The notes beneath the pieces are model-generated. The model saw nothing but the letters and a program-made list of their open reading frames with translations. It was not told the origin of the DNA and did no database searches. A DNA stretch of 17,989 nt from a bacterium (GTDB lineage: Bacteria > Zhuqueibacterota > Zhuqueibacteria > Oceanimicrobiales > Oceanimicrobiaceae), in contig JBBIIG010000080.1 in assembly GCA_037446635.1 (NCBI GenBank), positions 1 through 17,989 on the forward strand. The letters are read 5' to 3'. Within the stretch, counting starts at the first letter, position 1. Each line of letters starts with the position of its first letter. Of the stretch, positions 1 through 7,900 are shown one piece after another. A program made the position numbers and the translations under genes.

Positions 1-1075
1 CCGGCGTGCCCACCGGTCCCGAGTATGAAGTAATGGTTACTGGCGCCGGCTTGCCGGTATAGTAAGCGGTGTACGTGGCATGGTCTGGAGGCGTAAAGGT
101 TCGTTGTGCCGACGTGTTGCCATCCCACCAGTGGTGAAACGAATAGATGATGCCGTTGTACGTTTGCTGAACCGCCTGACCGGTAATCACGTCATTGGGC
201 GGACGGAATTCAATGACTGGGAAAGGTGCGTGCGGCAGAGTGTACTGCGTTCCGTTGACTTTGATGACGCCGGCATTGCCCACGCCGACAAAGTTATTTT
301 TGAAGGTAATGTCGAATTGCCGGTCAAAGTCGGCCATGACCGATTTAGTCGCTCCGATACCGGAGTCAATTCTCTTGAAGGAGGTGGCTTTCGCAGAAGG
401 GTTTTGTATTTCAATTACACCTGTCTCTCCTGTCCAATCACGAAAATGGCGCACATAGTTCTGAAAGAGCTGGCCATCCATGGTGGCTTCGATGGTATGA
501 GAGGCATTCCAGCCGGCATTGAAGGAATAGGGTGAATTTTTCAGCGCGCCGTTAAGCTTAACCGTTCCGCCGGCGAATTCATTCTTCAATTCAGTCGGCC
601 AGCCGCCTTTCTTGCGCCAAAAGCCCGTCGGGCTACCGCGTGGTATAATGGTCGGGTTACTATGCCCACTGATCACCCACGCAATGGGTATAGCAGTCTG
701 TTCCTGCCCGCCTTCATTTTCCACCTGATCTACATAGATGCCGCCAGAAACACTACTTACGTATGAGGCATGGCTGCCACTGCCAAACTCGATAATTATT
801 TTGTCGCCATTATTAAACATCTGTACTATTGCCGATTCAGAATAATTCGGGAACCATTCGAAATAGGTTTGCGCCTGTTTGTCATCAATCATGTCTCGGG
901 AGATAATCCGCGCGTTACAATCTGAAGTAAAAGACCAGGTTTTGCCATAAGCTCTTCCCGTTGCGTACCCCCAACAAACCGGGCCACTATGACCATGTCC
1001 CGGCGGAACATGTTGCGCGTATAATTCCAAAGCTCCTATCAACGAAAGACTCAATATAGTTATCAGCCTTTTCAT
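1..1075 (-). CDS. Secreted protein (partial, runs off left edge) with putative CHAP/NlpC-P60-like cysteine hydrolase domain followed by InlB-B-like repeats
   Basis: Manual translation: ATG at 1075, RBS GGAGGAG upstream, 358 codons open to the edge (MKRLITILSLSLIGALELYA|QHVPPGHGHSGPVCWGYATGRAYG...GDKIIIEFGSGSHASYVSSVSGGIYVDQ...YSFHHWWDGNTSAQRTFTPPDHATYTAYY...). Has a Sec signal peptide. Not in the ORF track because there is no stop codon inside the window. The domain call is inference. Confidence 0.85.
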   Translation of the reverse strand, partial: MKRLITILSLSLIGALELYAQHVPPGHGHSGPVCWGYATGRAYGKTWSFTSDCNARIISRDMIDDKQAQTYFEWFPNYSESAIVQMFNNGDKIIIEFGSGSHASYVSSVSGGIYVDQVENEGGQEQTAIPIAWVISGHSNPTIIPRGSPTGFWRKKGGWPTELKNEFAGGTVKLNGALKNSPYSFNAGWNASHTIEATMDGQLFQNYVRHFRDWTGETGVIEIQNPSAKATSFKRIDSGIGATKSVMADFDRQFDITFKNNFVGVGNAGVIKVNGTQYTLPHAPFPVIEFRPPNDVITGQAVQQTYNGIIYSFHHWWDGNTSAQRTFTPPDHATYTAYYTGKPAPVTITSYSGPVGTP

Positions 1076-1245
1076 GTTAGTTGGCTCCTCCAAGCAAAAG
1101 AGGGGATTTGTTGCATTTCCATTCTCCATTGCTTAAATTTGATTGGGTTTAAATAGCGCCGGCTGTTTAGCCGACACACGAACTGTTTAAGCCCGTTTCG
1201 CCCCTTGCTGCTGAGACCGCAGCGGCAAGGGGTTTTTTCAATCAT
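1072..1245 (-). CDS. Putative 57-aa basic leader peptide (uORF) translationally coupled to the downstream secreted-protein gene
   Basis: Near-perfect SD GGAGGTGA just upstream of ATG 1245 (MIEKTPCRCGLSSKGRNG...SQLT). Its TGA (1072-1074) overlaps the ATG (1073-1075) of the next gene as ATGA. No recognisable family. Confidence 0.5.
   Translation of the reverse strand: MIEKTPCRCGLSSKGRNGLKQFVCRLNSRRYLNPIKFKQWRMEMQQIPSFAWRSQLT
1111..1139 (+). promoter_or_regulatory. Sigma70-type promoter for the candidate antisense sRNA
   Basis: TTGCAT (1111-1116), 17-nt spacer, TAAATT (1134-1139). The predicted start ~1145 coincides with the first base of a long stem. Confidence 0.55.
1145..1238 (+). ncRNA. 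Candidate ~94-nt cis-antisense small RNA
   Basis: 12-bp stem GGGTTTAAATAG (1145-1156)/CTGTTTAAGCCC (1183-1194) encloses hairpin CGGCT-GTTT-AGCCG, followed by a terminator hairpin and U6. All three non-Watson-Crick pairs are G.U only on the + strand. Promoter is directly upstream. Confidence 0.55.
1201..1238 (+). terminator. Intrinsic terminator, + orientation
   Basis: 13-bp stem CCCCTTGCTGCTG / CAGCGGCAAGGGG, 6-nt loop, followed by TTTTTT on +. There is no U-tract on the - strand, which is the strand of the flanking genes. Confidence 0.7.
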
Positions 1246-1294
1246 AGCCTCACCTCCCTTCACTTGCATTTTCCTTATAATCATCAATCAGTTT

Positions 1295-1750
1295 TCACGC
1301 CGGCCCGCCGTACTCCCGATAATACGTCCGCTGCAGCAGCCGATGCTCCTCGTTCTCATGTTCGCGCAGGATGTGAATCAAATCGTTCACACGCGCGCGA
1401 ATGGTTTCCACGCGCGCGGGATCTCTGGCCTGCATCTCTTTGAAGATGTTGATGGTCTCGTCCAGCAACGCGATCATCTGGTCGTGCTCGCTTTTCAGCT
1501 CGTTGATCTTGCGTTCCTCGTGGGCGGCTACGCGCAGCACCTCCGCCATGAAGCCGCCCTCTTCTTCGAGATCGAAATGTTTGAGCAGGCAGTTGCGGAA
1601 ATCCCGCAGTTGCCACAGGCAATCCAGCCGCCAGTCAGAAAAATCGCTGTCGGAGATTTCCTGCCAGATGATGATCTTCAGCTTGCCCATCTCCTGGTTG
1701 AGAATTTCATGGTCGCGTCGTGTTTGCTCTAAAATCGCCAGGTTATTCAT
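1295..1750 (-). CDS. Hemerythrin-like (HHE cation-binding) domain protein
   Basis: 151 aa, helical, with motifs DHE..., HFDLEE, EHDQM and HENEE matching duplicated H..HxxxE ligands. RBS GGAGG. Confidence 0.88.
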   Translation of the reverse strand: MNNLAILEQTRRDHEILNQEMGKLKIIIWQEISDSDFSDWRLDCLWQLRDFRNCLLKHFDLEEEGGFMAEVLRVAAHEERKINELKSEHDQMIALLDETINIFKEMQARDPARVETIRARVNDLIHILREHENEEHRLLQRTYYREYGGPA

Positions 1751-1801
1751 CAGCCGTTGCCTCCGTCATATTGTTCGCAAAGCTCGAGTAATTGATCATG
1801 C

Positions 1802-1958
1802 GGAGTAATGGAGTGATGGAGTTTTGGAATGCTGAAATGTGAGACGGCAAATGGCAGATGGCAAACGTGAGTTTTATTCAATTTCATTTCTTTCGCCATC
1901 CACCGTTTTCTGCAACCTGTCAAACCATTGATCCATTACTCCATCACTCCAACACTCC
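1802..1958. repeat. REP-like intergenic hairpin made of octamer (GGAGTRWT) and heptamer tandem repeats
   Basis: GGAGTAATGGAGTGATGGAGTTTTGG (1802-1827) is inverted against CCATTACTCCATCACTCCAACACTCC (1933-1958). Inner heptamers: ACGGCAA-ATGGCAG-ATGGCAA. Confidence 0.7.
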
Positions 1959-1988
1959 TCTTTCTAAAGTCTCATTTCCAGCAACCGA

Positions 1989-2189
1989 TCAGTAAGTTCG
2001 TTTGGTGAGCGCGAACATACGCAGCGCCACGTCGCAGGTGAACCACAGTTGGGAAAATTCCGGATCATCCTCGTCGGAGTTCAGGGCGCGGCAGCAGAAA
2101 AGCGCCGCGTCTTCGCCGTTCGGACATTCCCGCTCCAAAAAGGGGCACAGCACGGTTGTCCGAGATTTGGTGTCATTTGTGGTTTCCAT
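1989..2189 (-). CDS. Small acidic Cys-rich hypothetical protein (66 aa)
   Basis: RBS AAGGAG 7 nt before the ATG, embedded in the 3' end of the Lon-family gene (17-nt overlap). Five Cys: CPFLEREC...CC...C. Confidence 0.7.
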   Translation of the reverse strand: METTNDTKSRTTVLCPFLERECPNGEDAALFCCRALNSDEDDPEFSQLWFTCDVALRMFALTKRTY

Positions 2190-4620
2190 TGTAAAACTCC
2201 TTCATGCCGTGGGCTAATTCTTTCAGCCGCAAATCCACCAAAAAATTCACGGTGTCTTCGGGATAGGCGCCGTCGCGTTTGGTACCGGCTTTCACGCCGG
2301 TCAAAATTTCGATGCCATCGTCGATGGTCTTCACTGGATAAACATGAAATTGGCCGGCGGCCACCGCATCGACTACTTCGGGTTTCAACATCAGATCGGC
2401 CACGTTTTGATGCGGGATGATCACGCCCTGCTCACCAGTGAGTCCCTTCGCTTTGCACACTTCAAAGAAGCCTTCGATTTTTTGATTGACGCCGCCAATG
2501 GGCTGAATCTCACCCTTTTGATTCACCGAGCCGGTGACCGCGATATCCTGCCGCAGCGGCAGCCCGGACAGTTCGGATAGAATGGCATAAATTTCTGCGG
2601 CGGAAGCGCTGTCGCCATCGACGCCGGAGTACGATTGCTCGAAGGCGAGGCTGGCGCTCATGGTGAGCGGCTTATCCTGCGCGTACTTGCCGCGGAAATA
2701 GCCGCCGATGATGAGCACGCCTTTATTGTGCGTTTTGCCGCTGAGGTCGGCCTCGCGCTCAATGTTGATGATGCCGGCACGGCCCATGCTCACCTCGGCG
2801 GTAATTTTAGTGCGGCGGCCAAAACTGTATTCGCCCATGTCGAAAACCGAGAGGCCGTTCACCTGCCCGACTTTTTTGCCTGCGAGGTCGATCATCAGCA
2901 CGCCTTCTTCGATCATCTCCTGAATCTTTTCTTCGTACATTTGCGAGCGGTAGATTTTCTTATCGATAGCCTTTTTGATGTGCTTGCCGTCGATGGCCTT
3001 GCTGCCATCTTCCGTCGCCCAGTATTGGGCTTCGCGCAGCACATCCGCGATGTCGCTGAAGCGGGTGGAAATTTTATTTTGCCGGCCGGCGAGCCGCACG
3101 CCGTATTCGATCACTTCTGCGACGCCGGCGCTGGTGACCGGCAGCAGCTTTTCGTCGGCGCAGATTTTTTTCACAAACGCGGCGTAGTCGCGGATGGCCT
3201 CGGCGTCTTTGTTCATCACGGTGTCGAACTCCGCTTTCACTTTGAAGATTTTTTTGAAATCCTCATCGTAGAGATAGAGAAGCTGGTAAATGTAAGCGTC
3301 GCCGATCATCACCACCTTCACATCCACTTCGACAGCTTCCGGTTTGAGCGCGAAAGTGGAATAGAAGTTGAAAGGATCGTAGGCCTGAATGTCGAGCTTG
3401 CGATTTTTGAGGGTGCGCTTTAGCGCCGTCCACACGCCGGGCTCGGTGAGGGTATCCACGAGATTGAGCACGAGGTAGCCGCCGTTGGCCTGCAAGAGCG
3501 AGCCGGCTTTGATCTTGCGGAAATCGGTGTGCCACACGCCGCCCCGATCCACCACGCGCTCGATGGTGCCGAACAGGTTTTTGTAATTGGGCGCGGTTTC
3601 GATGATCACCGGCGCGCGCTCGAGATTGGAGTTGTCCACCAGCGCGTTCACCCTGAATTCAATCAGCTCGTCTTTTGGCTGCGCAGCGCCCTCCAACAGC
3701 AGCGGCGCGGTTTTGGCTTCCTGACCGTCGCGAAAGCGTTCGAGGTTCTCCAACAGCGCAGCTTCGACTGCTTTGAAATATTCCTGCGCGTCCGGCGCCG
3801 GGTATTTTTCTTTCAGCTCCGCAATCAGGCCGCCGATCACCGGCCGGCAGATTTGATGCTTGAGATGGTCCACCGCATCCTGCACGCTTTTTTCGATTTT
3901 GCGGGTTTCGCGGATGGCGTTCTCCAGCGCCTCCGTGAGCTTTTCATGTTTGTCTTTGAGTTTCTCGTATTCCTTTTCCGAAAAATCGCCCTGCTTCACC
4001 AGCCGCTCGAGCTGCTCCCACGGCGTCACTTTCTCTTTCACCACTGGGAAAATTTCCGGCCGCACAATGGGGCCGAGCTGCACCTGCACCACCGCAAAGC
4101 CTTCGCGGGTGATCATGTCTTCCAAATTTTTGAAAATTTCTTTGGAGCGATTTTCCAAATTGCTGAGCACGTGTTTGCGGCGCTTTTTGAATTCCTCGCT
4201 TTCAAAAATTTGTGGGATGTTTTTGCGCAGGTACTCCACGAGGTCGTCCATGTCCTCGGCCAGCGCCTCGCCTTTGCCGGCCGGCAGGCGTAAGACTTTT
4301 GGCGCGTCCGGCTGATCGAAATTGTGCACATAGCAAATGTCGTCGGGAATTTTCCCCTTGGTATCGATTCGTTCGAGCAAGTGTTTGATGGTGGTGCTTT
4401 TGCCGGTGCCGGTGAGCCCCGCCACGAAGATGTTGTAGCCGGGACTTTTGACTTCGAGCCCGAGCTTGATGGCCCGCAGCGCGCGCTCCTGTCCTATGAT
4501 GTCGTCGCAGCCGGTGAGGTAGTCGGTGGTATTAAAGCCCAACGCGTCCGGGTTACAGCGCCAGCGCAGTTTTTCAACCGGGACTTTGGGGTAGCGGAGA
4601 GGTGGCATTTTGTTCTCCAT
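2173..4620 (-). CDS. Lon-family S16 protease, LonC/YcbZ type (AAA_32-like N-region + Lon_C)
   Basis: IIGQERA, Walker A GLTGTGKST, GSLLQANGGYLVL, catalytic Ser in VDGDSAS and Lys in IGGVNQKIEGFF. Start uncertain: ATG 4620, ATG 4608 (has GGAG RBS) or TTG 4641. Confidence 0.93.
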   Translation of the reverse strand: MENKMPPLRYPKVPVEKLRWRCNPDALGFNTTDYLTGCDDIIGQERALRAIKLGLEVKSPGYNIFVAGLTGTGKSTTIKHLLERIDTKGKIPDDICYVHNFDQPDAPKVLRLPAGKGEALAEDMDDLVEYLRKNIPQIFESEEFKKRRKHVLSNLENRSKEIFKNLEDMITREGFAVVQVQLGPIVRPEIFPVVKEKVTPWEQLERLVKQGDFSEKEYEKLKDKHEKLTEALENAIRETRKIEKSVQDAVDHLKHQICRPVIGGLIAELKEKYPAPDAQEYFKAVEAALLENLERFRDGQEAKTAPLLLEGAAQPKDELIEFRVNALVDNSNLERAPVIIETAPNYKNLFGTIERVVDRGGVWHTDFRKIKAGSLLQANGGYLVLNLVDTLTEPGVWTALKRTLKNRKLDIQAYDPFNFYSTFALKPEAVEVDVKVVMIGDAYIYQLLYLYDEDFKKIFKVKAEFDTVMNKDAEAIRDYAAFVKKICADEKLLPVTSAGVAEVIEYGVRLAGRQNKISTRFSDIADVLREAQYWATEDGSKAIDGKHIKKAIDKKIYRSQMYEEKIQEMIEEGVLMIDLAGKKVGQVNGLSVFDMGEYSFGRRTKITAEVSMGRAGIINIEREADLSGKTHNKGVLIIGGYFRGKYAQDKPLTMSASLAFEQSYSGVDGDSASAAEIYAILSELSGLPLRQDIAVTGSVNQKGEIQPIGGVNQKIEGFFEVCKAKGLTGEQGVIIPHQNVADLMLKPEVVDAVAAGQFHVYPVKTIDDGIEILTGVKAGTKRDGAYPEDTVNFLVDLRLKELAHGMKEFYNGNHK

Positions 4621-4668
4621 GGTCTCTGTTGACGCGTTCAAGTTCTGCTCTTTGTATCCTGCTTTATC

Positions 4669-4696
4669 GCGGAGTATTGGAGTAATGGATCAATGG
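4669..4696. repeat. Copy of the octamer repeat family upstream of the Lon-family gene
   Basis: TGGAGTAATGGATCAATGG (4678-4696) is the exact reverse complement of 1925-1943. Confidence 0.7.
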
Positions 4697-4936
4697 AGCA
4701 GTCGCTTTAAGAGTGAAGGCCAAAAACTATGCCATTAAAATTTGCTGAGACTCATCGCCCCGGCTGCGATTCAGACTCCTGAAAATAAATGAATTAAATC
4801 AGGGTGAATTTTAGGTGAATTTTGGCGTGGGAGAGGTTATTCTCAGTTGTGGTAAAAGGACGGGGTGAAATTCTTAATTTTGGAAATTTCTCAAAGCGGA
4901 GCTTTGAGTTACATTTCGTCTGCGCCCGAAAATTGA

Positions 4937-4965
4937 TTGACAGCCAGATCGCAAATCGCTATATT
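4937..4965 (+). promoter_or_regulatory. Sigma70 promoter of the TPR-CHAT gene
   Basis: TTGACA (4937-4942), 17-nt spacer, TATATT (4960-4965), ~35 nt before the start codon. Confidence 0.75.
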
Positions 4966-4997
4966 CAGGCGTTTTTCTGAATCACTTTGGCCATTGA

Positions 4998-7900
4998 GTG
5001 GAGATGAAATTCGCCCGGTTTCTGCTTACTCGGACAGCGCTCCCTTTTGCTTGCGCGCTTTTCACCGTCGTTGGTTTTGCGCAAACCAGCCCCCAGCGAT
5101 CGCGCTTCCTGTTGGCTATGGCCGAAGCCGAAAAGGGCGACTTTGGGCGCGCCATCGATCATCTCAAGTCGCAAATTCGCGACGACTCCACCTTCACGAC
5201 AGCCTATATCCGCCTCGCCGATTTTTTCCGCTACCACGACGCGTTGCAAATCGGGGAAACTTATTTTGTTGAAGCGATTGCACTAAATCCGGAAAACGCC
5301 AACCTTCATTTAGGACGGGCGCTCATCGCTAAGTATTTGGGGGAAAGCCAGCGCGCCTTCGAACACAGCCGGCTGGCCCTGGAGTTGGGCGCCACCGCTC
5401 CGCAAGCGCTCGAACTGCTGGTGGACGCAGCGCTGCAACTCAACAACCTCGAAGCGATGCAGGCGGTGTTTCGGCGCCTCAAAAAAAATCCGCAACAGGA
5501 GCCGCTCGCGAATTTAGGCCTGGCGCTCTGGAAATTTCGCACCGACAATCTCAACAGCGCGAAATCCGCTCTTCATAATTACCTCAATTCAAAAAGCGAT
5601 CGCTTCGCACTAAAGCTTTTGGGCGACGTCTATCAGCAGTCGAATCAGTTGGCCGAGGCTATTTCTTCTTACCTTAACGCGCTGCGGTTAACTGAAGACG
5701 AAGCGTCCGCACAAACTATCTCGCTGCTGCGAAGTTTGGGAACCGCTTATTTAAAAAACGCCAACGGCGACTCCGCCGATTATTTTCTAAGCCGCGCCCT
5801 GCTGCGGGCCCGCCGCTTTGCCGATTTAAACGAGCAACTGGAAATTCATACCGCCTTCGTCCACCTAAACCGATATCGCCAGCGATATGCTTATCTCATC
5901 CGCGACGGCGCGCACGCCATTCAATTGGCGAAGCGATTGCAGGAAGGACGGCGGCTGCCGGCCCTCTTTTTCGAGACCGGCGCGGCCTACGAAAAAATAG
6001 GCGACCACCAGCGGGCCATTAAAAACTATGTACAATCGGCCGCCGTCGCCAACCAATTTGGCGACGGCCACTCGGCGGCGCGGGGATTCAATGAGACCGG
6101 CCGGCTTTTCACTGAGCTGGGCCGGTGGCAAACCGCGCAGGAATATTTGCACCACAGCATCGAAATCGCGCAAAACGCGGGCGCAGAAGAAATAAAACAC
6201 CTGGCGTTGATGAACTTAGCCGACCTTCATCTCTCTCAGGGGGATGAAGAACTGGCCGTTGAAGAATACAGCCAAGTGCTGCGTTACGCCCAGGACGCCA
6301 ACCAACGCAGTCTCAGCCAGACGTGCCTAATGAAGTTGGCCAACTTGTTTTTGCGCGCTGGAAACAGCGGTTCCGCTGGCCACTATTTGGTGCTGGCCGA
6401 CGCCGCCGCGAAGCAAACCTTGAACCTGCAAAACGCCGCCATCATCCGCACGATGCAGGGCCGGCTGGCGCTGGCGCATCAAGACATCGAACGGGCGGAG
6501 ACCTATTTTTTGGACGCCATCCAGCTCGGGCGCGAGACGGGGTCGTCGGTTTCGAGATTGGCCGGCAACGCCGGCTTGATTTCAACTTATCTGGCTGCCA
6601 ATTTCATTGATTTGGCCGCGGCGCGCGCCGACACCGCCTTGAAGCTGCTGGATGAAATCGGCCTGCTCTTTTTCGAAGACGATCACGCCAAAGTTTTTGA
6701 TCTCAAAAACGATTTGATCGCGCCGGCAATGGCTGCCTATTCCCGGTTAATGCAAGCTCAAAAAGTCTATGCGGCTTGCGAGACCTATAAAGCCTATCAG
6801 CACATCCAAAGCCTGGCGCCTATTCGCCATTTGCTGGCCGTGGAGCTGCCGGACACCCTGCGCTGGAAGCTGGATGATTTGCAATCGCAAATTCATCACA
6901 AATGGAAACAGGCCTGGGAAGTTTGGCGCAAAGATGTTTATGATGACGTCGAATTCGTCAACAACATCAAGCGAGAAATCCAGGACACTCAGGAACAACT
7001 CATGCGATTTCGCCGGGAGCTGGCGGCGTCGCACCCGGAATTCTACAGCCTCGTTCAACCGACGCCGGCGCCGATTGCCGCGCTGCAGGGGCGGCTCGCA
7101 CAATGGCACAGCGTGCTCGTTCATTACCTGGTGGGAGAGAATTCCACCGACATCGTCGTGGTGCGCCCAGACTCCACCTTGTTCACGCGGGTCAATTACG
7201 GCTCGGCCTATTTGAAAAATTTGATCGAGCAAATGAATCCCATTTTTGCAGAAGCCGACCTCCCCCCGATTTCTGGCAACGGCGCCTCTGACATCAAATT
7301 CCGGATCGATTTAGCGGCGCAGCTTTACCAGATCGCGTTCGCTCCCATAAAAGATTGGCTGCCGGCCAACAGCGGCGTGATCATCGCCCCGGACGATGTC
7401 TTAAATCAAGCGCCGTGGGAATGCCTGGTCTCGGACGACGCCAATCTCACCGGCCCGTTCGACTACAAAAACGCTCGCTTTCTGGTGGAAGATTTTGCCA
7501 TTTCGTACATCCCTTATGCCAATTTTTTAAATTGGCCCTATGGCCGCGCCGCTTACAAACAGAAATCCTTGTGGGCGGTGAGCGGTCCAGCGCTTGAACA
7601 GGAAGTCAACAACCAGCACGGCCGCGATGAGGCGCAACTTCTCGATCAGGAAGCCCGGCGCCTCTCGAGCTTAGTGGGCAATTCAGACGTTCTCACACCC
7701 AGCCGCGGCGCGAAAATGCGCTTCCTCAACCGCGCGTCGATTTATCAGGCGCTCCATTTTGCCGGCGCCGCCGCCATCGAAGACGGCTCGCCGCTCTACT
7801 CCAAAATCTATTTGTGGGATTCGAGCAGCGGCCGCGATTCCATCGAATGCCGCGACCTGTTCGACGTCAACCTCTCCGCCGATCTAATGACGATGAGCGC

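Noticed and set aside
80..535. 151-aa ORF on + and other short ORFs here
   Set aside because: Shadows of the real - strand gene (<1-1075).
1205..1808. 175-aa and 135-aa ORFs on +
   Set aside because: Antisense to the hemerythrin-like gene; no RBS or motifs.
1802..1958. CRISPR array
   Set aside because: Units are 7-8 bp tandem repeats without unique spacers.
2635..4293. 262-aa and 254-aa ORFs on +
   Set aside because: Antisense shadows of the Lon-family gene.
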